This document shows, piece by piece, positions 8,428 to 17,267 of a DNA stretch of 64,000 nucleotides; the first letter of the stretch is position 1, and every line of letters begins with the position of its first letter. The notes beneath the pieces were generated by a model, which saw only the letters and a program-made list of their open reading frames with translations, did not search any database and was not told where the DNA came from. The stretch is from a virus, in IMG/VR virus record IMGVR_UViG_3300037247_001689, positions 52,333-116,332 of that record, one strand, 5' to 3'. The position numbers were made by a program, and so were the translations under genes.

Positions 8428-8499
8428 GTCGTATATATATAGAAGGTTAACGATTTAGTTTTCTTCTAATATTTCACTACATATATATAGAATCAAACG

Positions 8500-8700
8500 C
8501 TATATCGATTCTAATTTAGATAAAACCCTCTGATCACTACTTTTTAACCTCGTTTTTACCCACGAAAGGGAACGTGGTTCCTTTGTTTCCGAATTTATAA
8601 AAACATTGTCGTTTAAAGCTTTCCTGATCAATTTCTCTAAAGACATATCCTTTTTGACTGCTAATATTTTTGCTTTTTGATGTACGCTTAATTCATCCAT
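8500..8700 (-). CDS. small putative DNA-binding (RHH-like) protein
   Basis: SVHQKAKILAVKKDMSLEKLIRKAL pattern. Confidence 0.5.
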   Translation of the reverse strand: MDELSVHQKAKILAVKKDMSLEKLIRKALNDNVFINSETKEPRSLSWVKTRLKSSDQRVLSKLESI

Positions 8701-8823
8701 AAATATCTGTGTTTGCGGTTAGTGTTACGTTTACGTTTTAAATAATCCAAATTTACCGCTTATCCGTTTGCATTTCAAACAGCATTTATAGATATAATAC
8801 AGAAAAACTTAACAGATAGGACT

Positions 8824-9543
8824 ATGAACAAATTAAACATCATACCGAGAAGAGACCAGCAACGGTTTATAAAGGATACAAAGGGAATCGTTTTGCATTA
8901 TGCGATTCGGTCCTGTCCTTGTGACGGTGTTAATTGTTCTGTTTGTGGCGGTAAAATGAAATATTATGATGACCCTGTTCCGATTAATGCCGCAATTTTA
9001 GCTGGTAACAATTCTAGCAAAAAAGAAGCGAGAATGGCAAATATTGATATGGGGAATTATCAGTTAATTGTAGAAGGTAGATTTGCACTTGCGAAACATG
9101 ATCGTGTTAAACCATTTGGAACCAGAGAATTTGAACAATTGGATGAGATATTATTGGTCGAACAATCCATTTTAACATTCACCCCAATTCATCCACGATT
9201 AGTAACAATTAGTTTTGTAAATCAGAGTAGCGGTGTTTTAAGCTATGAAGGTGATAAAGATTTTACATTTGATCTTGAGTCAAAAAATGGTGGACCACCT
9301 GTCTATTCGAAAGAAATTAAATGGTTAACGGATCCGGCAATTGGTCAGAAAAAATTCTCAGTTAGATATCAACATTATCCTGAATATGAAATTCAAGAGA
9401 TTCCTTCAGCGAGATTTAGCGAAGGCCAAAAATTAATGCAAAAAATACCACTGTCAAAAATAACGCTGACGGGGAATATAAAAACAAAATCAAATGAGAA
9501 GTCAGTAGATGCAGTTATCGGCGGGGGTATGAAATATGTTTGA
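8824..9543 (+). CDS. putative head completion/neck protein
   Basis: CPC..C..CGG motif as in SPO1/Twort-type head-closure proteins; first gene of the structural operon. Confidence 0.55.
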   Translation: MNKLNIIPRRDQQRFIKDTKGIVLHYAIRSCPCDGVNCSVCGGKMKYYDDPVPINAAILAGNNSSKKEARMANIDMGNYQLIVEGRFALAKHDRVKPFGTREFEQLDEILLVEQSILTFTPIHPRLVTISFVNQSSGVLSYEGDKDFTFDLESKNGGPPVYSKEIKWLTDPAIGQKKFSVRYQHYPEYEIQEIPSARFSEGQKLMQKIPLSKITLTGNIKTKSNEKSVDAVIGGGMKYV

Positions 9544-10240
9544 TGATAGCAATGTTATGCTTAATTTCTGGATTACAGATATCGGGGATTTAGAACTTGA
9601 AAAAAGTCTTGGAAGCGGTGCAAGGATACTTGGTGGTTACGCAGCTGGAACCACGAAAGATTTTCAAGATGAACAAATGATAATGAAAGGGATGGATTTT
9701 AATTATTTGAAATCTAATCAGGGCGTTATTAACTGGGATCATCAAAAACGAATGATCATTGGAAAGCCAATACCTTCGTTCGTCGGGATGGTAGCAGGAA
9801 AAGGACTGTATGTAAAAGGTATTTTATCTCAAAAATCTGATTATCCAAATCCAAACCATCCAGATACACAAAAAGCATTAGAGCAAGCTGAGTGGGCATG
9901 GGATCATGCAATGAGATATAAAAGCAATCCTAATTCAGTACCACCCTTGGCATGGTCAATCGAAGGTCAGATGGTTAAAAAAGGTAACATGATTTATAAG
10001 TCAATGGCAACAGCAGTCGCTTTGACCGATAAAGCGATTAACCCTCATGATTGTACAGTAACAGCACTTGCGAAATCATTTGCTGAACAGGAAAAAGAGG
10101 ACACGACGAACATTTTAGTTTCAAAAGGTTTTGATCCTTCGGATATTACAAACCATAGAAAATATCAATTATTTTGTAAAAGCATCGGCTTGTCAGTCGA
10201 TCAATCAGAAATCCTTTTATTTAAAATAAGGAGTTTATAA
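9536..10240 (+). CDS. prohead protease
   Basis: ILGGYA..KDFQDE, GVINWDH, GLYVKG.L, WSIEG and VALT..AINP motifs; precedes scaffold and capsid. Confidence 0.85.
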   Translation: MFDDSNVMLNFWITDIGDLELEKSLGSGARILGGYAAGTTKDFQDEQMIMKGMDFNYLKSNQGVINWDHQKRMIIGKPIPSFVGMVAGKGLYVKGILSQKSDYPNPNHPDTQKALEQAEWAWDHAMRYKSNPNSVPPLAWSIEGQMVKKGNMIYKSMATAVALTDKAINPHDCTVTALAKSFAEQEKEDTTNILVSKGFDPSDITNHRKYQLFCKSIGLSVDQSEILLFKIRSL

Positions 10241-11061
10241 TGGCTGATAAGTTAACAGCAGAAGAAGAAGCAAAGGCTAGAGAGCTTAAGCAAAAAACGA
10301 GTACGGAAAAGTCAAAACTGGATCAAATCGTTGATGGTGTTTCTGAAATGACAGACCTGTTAAAATCACAGGCCGGTGAAAAAAAGCCTGACGAAGATCC
10401 AAAAAAAGATGATTTGGACATGGATTTAAGTGTTGAGGATATGGCTAAAGCGATTATGGCTTCTGAAGATCCTAACAAAATGTTCAAAAGTTTGCTGGAG
10501 CATTGTGATGTTGGTCTTGAAAACATTTTGGATGAGAATCAAGAACGATATTACAGTGATGAAATGCTGAAATCGCTGGAAGATTCTACTGAAAAAACCG
10601 ACTTAGTGTTAAATGGCGTTATTCAGGCTGGCAAGGCTGCAAATGAAAGATACGCGAAAGCGTATTCTGTGAACGCAAAGATAATGCTGAGTATGATGAA
10701 GTCTTTTGGCGGCATGGTCTCAGAAATGTCCGAAATGAAAAAATCAATGACCCCTCCCGTAGCAGCAGATCCGGTCATTGAAAAAGAAATTGACACACCG
10801 TTAGGTGATGGAGCGGCAGTGCCTCCAAAATCACTTGATACTGATCTAAATGCAACAGGGGCGAAGTACACAACGGATCAGATGACATCTGCATTGAAAA
10901 AATCTTTCCAAGATACGGATCCTGTAAAGTATCACACGTATACCAAGCAGCTGCGTAAACTTGGCGGTGATGCAGATTTATTTTATTCACATCTGGATGG
11001 ATCTAACAGTCCATCAATCAGAGACGATGCATCAACGATGTTCATACATCTAATTAATTAA
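10240..11061 (+). CDS. capsid scaffolding protein
   Basis: acidic, helical, many hydrophobic-x-KS/KA motifs; lies between protease and capsid. Confidence 0.7.
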   Translation: MADKLTAEEEAKARELKQKTSTEKSKLDQIVDGVSEMTDLLKSQAGEKKPDEDPKKDDLDMDLSVEDMAKAIMASEDPNKMFKSLLEHCDVGLENILDENQERYYSDEMLKSLEDSTEKTDLVLNGVIQAGKAANERYAKAYSVNAKIMLSMMKSFGGMVSEMSEMKKSMTPPVAADPVIEKEIDTPLGDGAAVPPKSLDTDLNATGAKYTTDQMTSALKKSFQDTDPVKYHTYTKQLRKLGGDADLFYSHLDGSNSPSIRDDASTMFIHLIN

Positions 11062-11073
11062 AAAGAGGAAGAT

Positions 11074-12978
11074 ATGGCACCAACTCCACAAGTGCAAAAA
11101 ACCCCTGATGTTGTTACCAGAGAAGAGTTTGAATTTCAAGCAAATCAGCTTAGTAGCTTAATGAAGGCTAATAAGCTACAGGGTAGTCAGATTGAGTTCA
11201 TGAAACATTCTCATGAAATGCAAAAAGGGATGAAACCATCATTTATAATGCCAGAAACATCAAAAACATTTGATGATATGTTGGCAGAGAGTGGCTTCAC
11301 CAGTGAAGAATGGTTTAACGAAGTTTCAGAAAACCTTGCTCGTGAAAAAGGCGTTCAGGGTCCGGCATTACATTCGATGCAAAAGTCCTTATCTGAATCA
11401 GCACGTTTAAAAACAGCTGAAAAGGACATGATGACTAATCATCCTGAGATATCAGCACAGCTTGCGAAATCATGGGGAACACCTGAATATGAAAATGTGT
11501 TAAGCATGAACAAAGCAATTTTGGGTGATCCAGCAGATCCAAGCGCACCTGGTTCATGGTTTACATTTTTAGAAGAAAACCTTTCTCCTGACATTCAGCG
11601 TATTATCTTTGAGAGACAAGATGCAACCGCGATGATGAGCGTCCCGACTGCCATTACTACTTCAGTTAACCCTGAAGTTGGAAAATTGGTGAGTGGTGGT
11701 TCTGGTTGGGGTAAGCATAGTCTTGGTTTTCCAGAAGGCGATACCGCTGATTTCGGAGGACAGGAAGTTTCTGAACGGATCTTCAGCAAGCTGTATCAAA
11801 AAGGTGTTAGAGCCAGAGTTACTGAATATTTAATCGGTAACCAACAGAAAATGCTGACTCGTGACCCTATTGCTTACGAGCGTGAGTTAAGATTGCTGGA
11901 ATTCGTTTTAGGCTGTAACCATCAGATCATGTATGGTGATCCAACGATTAATAAACGTGGCTCAGTCGAGCTTGAAATGCCTGGTATTTTATATCAAATG
12001 GATCGTGACGAATCAGATAATGGATATCGCCCACATGTTCAGGATTGGAATGGAAAAACATTTAGCGACACTCCTGCTAATAACCCACTGAATATTTTCA
12101 GACAAGTTGGCGAAGATCTGTGCATTAACGGTCGTATCGCAGGTAATAATATTACTGGGCGTTACAAGGTTTTAATTGACCTTTCAACTTCAAACCTGAT
12201 CAGTACCCTTGTTGATGATAAACAGCGTATTATGATTGAAAATTACGCTAAAATTGCTCAAGAATGGGGTCAAAGTTTCACTGGCTTCGTGACTGATGTC
12301 GGTACATTCAACTGGCAACGATCTAAAACAATGGATCTGACAGAGAATGATACTTGGACACCAACCGAAAGAATTTCTGATTTTGCCATCGTTTGGCCAA
12401 CAATCACAGAAACAGCAGTTCCAACATCTCCATCAGGTGAGCCTAAAACACTTCCTAACGCGAATTATGTTTACAAAGTGACAGCTGTTAATGATCAAGC
12501 TGAAAGTAATGTTTCAAATTCATTCACAAATGCAGTTGCGACATCAACACAGCAAATAACGATTAACATCCCGTATGATGCAGCATTTGCAGGTGGTGTG
12601 GTTGGTGGTAAAGTGATTACCCCGTGTCGACATTTTAACCTTTATCGGTTAAGAGCAGGTGAAGCAGATGTTACAGAGAACTATTCATGCATCGCCAAGA
12701 TTGCAATCAATGGAACAAGTACCACAACTTATGTTGATTACAATCAGAAAATGCCTGGTATGGCTGATATGTTCTTTATCTCAAATGATCCACGAGATAT
12801 TGCTTACACTTCATTAGTTCCTGAATTTGAAATCCCTCTGTATGATATTTCAAAAGGTTCTACACGTCAGTGGATGCTGTATTGTATTAAGGGGCTTAAC
12901 CTTTGGAATCCAAAACGTTGTTATGTTGTGCGTAACGTTCCTAAGTTCAGTACAAGTTCAATCAATCCTTGGGCTTAA
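11074..12978 (+). CDS. major capsid protein with long N-terminal propeptide and inserted Ig/FN3-like domain
   Basis: position; IMYGD..LEMPGIL motif; YVYKVTAVND..ES insertion typical of Herelleviridae-like capsids. Confidence 0.85.
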   Translation: MAPTPQVQKTPDVVTREEFEFQANQLSSLMKANKLQGSQIEFMKHSHEMQKGMKPSFIMPETSKTFDDMLAESGFTSEEWFNEVSENLAREKGVQGPALHSMQKSLSESARLKTAEKDMMTNHPEISAQLAKSWGTPEYENVLSMNKAILGDPADPSAPGSWFTFLEENLSPDIQRIIFERQDATAMMSVPTAITTSVNPEVGKLVSGGSGWGKHSLGFPEGDTADFGGQEVSERIFSKLYQKGVRARVTEYLIGNQQKMLTRDPIAYERELRLLEFVLGCNHQIMYGDPTINKRGSVELEMPGILYQMDRDESDNGYRPHVQDWNGKTFSDTPANNPLNIFRQVGEDLCINGRIAGNNITGRYKVLIDLSTSNLISTLVDDKQRIMIENYAKIAQEWGQSFTGFVTDVGTFNWQRSKTMDLTENDTWTPTERISDFAIVWPTITETAVPTSPSGEPKTLPNANYVYKVTAVNDQAESNVSNSFTNAVATSTQQITINIPYDAAFAGGVVGGKVITPCRHFNLYRLRAGEADVTENYSCIAKIAINGTSTTTYVDYNQKMPGMADMFFISNDPRDIAYTSLVPEFEIPLYDISKGSTRQWMLYCIKGLNLWNPKRCYVVRNVPKFSTSSINPWA

Positions 12979-13590
12979 ATGAAGTCGGAAGTCATCATTA
13001 GAAATTGGTTAATGGGGTGGTTTAGGCCGGAAGAAGAAACGGAACTAAACACCCCTGATAAATTGCGGCCAAAATTAGATAAAAGCTACTATGATTCTTT
13101 CATGGACCAATTTGTCGATAGCAAAAAAAAGCCTGTTTTTAGTGAGGATGAAAAGGAAGCGGTAAAAAAAATTATTGTGCAACCGCTTACTTTTGCAACC
13201 GGACATCCGCTTAATATTTCTGAAAAGCCGAAAGTCGGACATATATATATTACTGAAGCTGATTACTCAGAGACGAGTCATTATATCGGGTCAAGAATAC
13301 TTTATGGGAAAACACCAACCAGTATTGTCGTCGTAGGGTCAACTGTTGGTAGTCTCTTAAATATGGCAGAACCAAGCATATTGATTAGGATAATTTCAAT
13401 TTTGCTTTGGGCAGGTAGGAACTATTTTACATCTCAGCATCTTGAAGAACCGACTATTAACGAAACGAATTTAGCGCAAGACGAAACTAACTCATTCGAC
13501 AAAGGCATTGCGATGAGAAGTCTTATAATGTCATACAAAACAGAGATATCAAGCCCAATCACAAACTTTGGAGTTCTGGAAGATGGCTAA
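12979..13590 (+). CDS. putative tail completion/terminator protein
   Basis: synteny between capsid and sheath. Confidence 0.5.
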   Translation: MKSEVIIRNWLMGWFRPEEETELNTPDKLRPKLDKSYYDSFMDQFVDSKKKPVFSEDEKEAVKKIIVQPLTFATGHPLNISEKPKVGHIYITEADYSETSHYIGSRILYGKTPTSIVVVGSTVGSLLNMAEPSILIRIISILLWAGRNYFTSQHLEEPTINETNLAQDETNSFDKGIAMRSLIMSYKTEISSPITNFGVLEDG

Positions 13591-13819
13591 AAATAAAAAA
13601 GACACTGATCAACCACAGAATGAAGAAAAACCAGTTGAACAGCCAAATCCCAAACAATCATATATTTCAGCCAAGAATTTTGCTAAAAAACTAAGGTTGG
13701 AATTAAAAGAAAAAAACATATCAGAAACAGTATTTGTAGCATTCGAGCGAACGGTAAAATCTATCGATTCTGAAGAAAATTTCAGAAAGGTCTGGAAATC
13801 AACTTTTTATAGGTCATAA
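13583..13819 (+). CDS. small hypothetical virion-morphogenesis protein
   Basis: MAKNKK start, in frame with track ORF; directly before the sheath. Confidence 0.55.
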   Translation: MAKNKKDTDQPQNEEKPVEQPNPKQSYISAKNFAKKLRLELKEKNISETVFVAFERTVKSIDSEENFRKVWKSTFYRS

Positions 13820-13821
13820 TC

Positions 13822-15579
13822 ATGGCAAAAGTATTTCAATTTTTCGGTGCTACGGTATATAAACCGGGTGTCTATTCAAAGATATTAACGATTGGTGCGG
13901 GAACGCCAACTCCTGATGGTAATAACGCATTATTGATTATCGCTGAAGCTCCCAACGGTCCGGCTTTCGGTGAGACGGTTTCCGGTGGGAATGTGAACGA
14001 TTTTAAAATTGTCTTAGGCGAACAAGGACCAGCAATTGAAGCTGCATTTGGCGCTTTCAATGCTTCCCCAATCGGCGGCGCTCAGGATGTTAGGATATTT
14101 AACCCAAGGGCATTAGTTCAGGCAACTGATACTATTCACGTCACAGAGCCATCAACAACCCCATCCATTGATATAGCTAGTCGAATATATGGACCTATTG
14201 GAAACGGAGTTACTGTTAGTCTTGCTTCAACAATCGCTTCCGTAAAATTTCCATGGGCAGATGACGCGATCACACAGGTTATTGATAATCCGATTTTTGA
14301 CATTACATTAGCACTTGGTTTTATACAAGTTGACGCTACGAAAATATCAGTTGGACCAACGGGAAGTTTAATAGATTTTAAATTCACAGAGTACCTAAAA
14401 TTAATTGACCTAATTAACGCTATTGAATTTCAAACCGGCGCTACTATCGTAAAAGATACTAATACTTCTGACAACGAATCAACAGTAGACCTTTTTGATC
14501 ACATAGTTGCTGAACTTGATATAGCGACAGTAGTAACAATAAAGGGTGATTTATCTCAGTTATTTACATTTCTTGACCAGGGTGTTCCTGATCTTGAAGC
14601 TACTAAGCTTGCAACTGCAACGATAATGGTGGATGATTTTGATCTTACTTTATCCGGTGGCACTTCCGGTGTCGATCCAGATGCGACACAGTGGGGTAAG
14701 GTTTATGATGAACTTGAAAATCAAAAAATTGCTGTCACATGCCCAATCACTGACGGGTTACCAACTCCTTACGCTGACACTTTAACAGCCGCAATTAATG
14801 CACTAGATGAGCAACATGCCGTTAAAATGGCGGGTGTCAAATATAAGGGACGAAAACGACATTCATTTATTTCAGCTCACGGTGGGTTCGGGTGGTCAGG
14901 ACAATTTGTCGCTAAACCCTCAGATGCCGATGCAATTGTAACACTCGCGAAAACGCATAATTCAGAATGGTCCTGCTTTTTCGGGGATGGGTTGAACGCT
15001 TTTAACGAAGCTGGTATTGAGTATGCTCAACTACCTTGTTATTTCGCAGTCAGAGCAGCATCAATGTTCTTAGGCGGATTAGCAGCTAGAGTTATCACAG
15101 GTCAAACAGTAAACGCGATTCGTGCAAGTTCTCCATATTCAGGATCAAAAGAGCATTATACTGAAGCAGATGCTATCAAACTGCATAGAGCTTCTGTAAT
15201 TATCGCTGAAACGGATGAAGAAGGAACCAGAATTAGGCAGATGTACACCACTTGGACTCAAACTGATGATGCAAGGAAAACGGTACCATCCAGAGTTCGT
15301 TGTGCAGCCTTATCTGATAATGATCTTGCTAGAAAAATTGAAAGCAGAATTTCAGAATTTCAGCTAGACGGTATTACACCTGCAAACTCTGTAATGATCC
15401 GTTTCATGAAAAACGTTCTGAACTCTCATATTGGTAAAACTATTAAATGGGTGACCAGTTACGGAACAGTTACCTATTCACAAAAAGGAATTGAATTCCA
15501 ATACAACATTGCTGAACTTAATGTTCCAGAAATTCCAGAAATTGGGTTCGGAACAGTTGAATTTACTAATGCATCTTAA
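13822..15579 (+). CDS. contractile tail sheath protein
   Basis: N-terminal F.G.TVYKPGVYS, LIIAEAPNGP, LSGGTSG; 585 aa; followed by tube. Confidence 0.9.
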   Translation: MAKVFQFFGATVYKPGVYSKILTIGAGTPTPDGNNALLIIAEAPNGPAFGETVSGGNVNDFKIVLGEQGPAIEAAFGAFNASPIGGAQDVRIFNPRALVQATDTIHVTEPSTTPSIDIASRIYGPIGNGVTVSLASTIASVKFPWADDAITQVIDNPIFDITLALGFIQVDATKISVGPTGSLIDFKFTEYLKLIDLINAIEFQTGATIVKDTNTSDNESTVDLFDHIVAELDIATVVTIKGDLSQLFTFLDQGVPDLEATKLATATIMVDDFDLTLSGGTSGVDPDATQWGKVYDELENQKIAVTCPITDGLPTPYADTLTAAINALDEQHAVKMAGVKYKGRKRHSFISAHGGFGWSGQFVAKPSDADAIVTLAKTHNSEWSCFFGDGLNAFNEAGIEYAQLPCYFAVRAASMFLGGLAARVITGQTVNAIRASSPYSGSKEHYTEADAIKLHRASVIIAETDEEGTRIRQMYTTWTQTDDARKTVPSRVRCAALSDNDLARKIESRISEFQLDGITPANSVMIRFMKNVLNSHIGKTIKWVTSYGTVTYSQKGIEFQYNIAELNVPEIPEIGFGTVEFTNAS

Positions 15580-15593
15580 TTTTAAGGCGAAAA

Positions 15594-16151
15594 ATGGCAG
15601 ACACTATTAAAAAGAATTATGAACCGCCACAATGGTACCAAGACGGGATGGACGGTGCTGACGAAGCCGGTGATTTAAGATTCGTTCATTCCAGTGCAGC
15701 AATTGTCAGAATCGGTGAAGTCCCTATCGTGGCGCTTGAAAATGTATCGATCACTGTATCTATCGTCAGAAATCCAATTATGGTAATCGGATCACCTGTT
15801 GCTATAGGATTTGACTTCGGCGGTTATAATGCTAACATCTCAGGTCAGATAGTGATGAACGCAGCATCGACACTTAATAAGAGCCAATTTTTCGCTAAAA
15901 GTGTTAATGATCTGGTGGCAAATATCAATACAGTATTTGATATTGATATTCTTGCGCAAGACGCGAATGCTGAAAATGTTGATGAACGATTAACAGAACC
16001 GTTTATTATATTGAAAAATTGCCAGAACACAGGTGAAACAATTAATTTATCAACAAATGCCAACATTAGGCAATCGTTCACCGCTGTAGCAACATTCATG
16101 GAAAGGGATATTGCAGACGCACTGAAAGATTTCAATAAAATAGCAGCGTAG
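15594..16151 (+). CDS. tail tube protein
   Basis: directly after the sheath; PIMVIGS motif; beta-rich, 185 aa. Confidence 0.8.
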   Translation: MADTIKKNYEPPQWYQDGMDGADEAGDLRFVHSSAAIVRIGEVPIVALENVSITVSIVRNPIMVIGSPVAIGFDFGGYNANISGQIVMNAASTLNKSQFFAKSVNDLVANINTVFDIDILAQDANAENVDERLTEPFIILKNCQNTGETINLSTNANIRQSFTAVATFMERDIADALKDFNKIAA

Positions 16152-16182
16152 TATTAAATGTTAACAAATCAGGAGACGAATT

Positions 16183-16632
16183 ATGGCAGACAAAAAGAAA
16201 GACACAAAACCTATTGACAAAAAAACCGCAGCAGCAAAAAAGAAATGGGATGCATATGTCGGTAAAAAGCTAAAAAAAGCTAATTATCAAGATAGTGAAA
16301 GCACCTATGTTTTTGAATTTGATAATAAAGCATTTGAGTTTAGAATCCCCACCATATTTGAAAAGACAAAAATCAAAGCTATTCTAGCAAGCATCACACG
16401 TTTTCCAGGCGCAAATCTAACCACATCTTCACAGTTTGATATTTACAGTTCGGGTGATCTGGATCTGATGTATTCGACAAAGGCAATAACGCATACATCT
16501 GTATTAATGAACAACCCCACCGAATTTGATCCTGAAACATTTGGCGAAGAAAAAATATATGGATTAGGGGAATTGATCACATTCGCTGAAAATAAATTTC
16601 ATGAGAATAAAAAAAAACAATCTACCAAATAG
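16183..16632 (+). CDS. tail assembly chaperone (gpG-like)
   Basis: between tube and tape measure; ends in A9 slippery run. Confidence 0.75.
   Translation: MADKKKDTKPIDKKTAAAKKKWDAYVGKKLKKANYQDSESTYVFEFDNKAFEFRIPTIFEKTKIKAILASITRFPGANLTTSSQFDIYSSGDLDLMYSTKAITHTSVLMNNPTEFDPETFGEEKIYGLGELITFAENKFHENKKKQSTK
16608..16618 (+). other. programmed -1 ribosomal frameshift site
   Basis: T AAA AAA AAA C; the -1 frame opens at 16611 and runs without a stop to 17267. Confidence 0.8.
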
Positions 16633-17267
16633 CAGTAGATGAAGTTTTTTCGATTGATTTTCTTTACCGTGAACATTTCAAGCTGACGAAAAATAGTGAT
16701 GACTATCTTAATGCAACTGATTATGATATTGAACTCTGGTATCATTCATATCAGGCTAAAAATAATCTCAAAACATTATCAAAAGGTTATGATTTAGAAG
16801 ATTCGAGCGCAACCAGTGCTGAATTAGGGGTCAAATATAAAGGTGATGTTTTAGAACAAAAAGCATTAGAATTTTGCGGTTTGAAAATTGAAGCACAAAA
16901 GGATATCCTGTTTTCATCGCTAATCGGTAAAAAAAGCAATGTACTTCAACAAAAAGACGATGCAGCTACAAGCACAATGGCAGTTGCTTTTGTTCAGTAC
17001 ATGCTAAATAATCTTGATAAGATTGGCAAAAAAGAAGCATGGTTAAATAGAACAGAATATCATAGTTTCAAAATTTTCATGAAACTTTCTGTCAAAGGGA
17101 AAACTCAATATCATAACGAATTGCAAAAATATCACGATACCGAAATGGGAAAACACAAACAGCCCCCACTCACACTCACTGAACCGGTGAAGGCTTCGTC
17201 TCCTGAGCCACACGTTCAGGGGGGCTGTCCCGATTTTAATGATCCTAAGAAGTGGGAGAAGATTTAA
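16611..17267 (+). CDS. tail assembly chaperone frameshift extension (gpGT-like)
   Basis: KKTIYQIAVDEVFSIDFLYREHFKLTKNSDDYLNATDYDIELWY... continuing into track ORF 16881..17267. Confidence 0.75.
   Translation, partial: KKTIYQIAVDEVFSIDFLYREHFKLTKNSDDYLNATDYDIELWYHSYQAKNNLKTLSKGYDLEDSSATSAELGVKYKGDVLEQKALEFCGLKIEAQKDILFSSLIGKKSNVLQQKDDAATSTMAVAFVQYMLNNLDKIGKKEAWLNRTEYHSFKIFMKLSVKGKTQYHNELQKYHDTEMGKHKQPPLTLTEPVKASSPEPHVQGGCPDFNDPKKWEKI

Noticed and set aside
16157-16168. AATGTTAACAAA shared with the promoter spacer at 36647-36658
   Set aside because: A single AT-rich 12-mer match is plausible by chance and the two contexts are unrelated.
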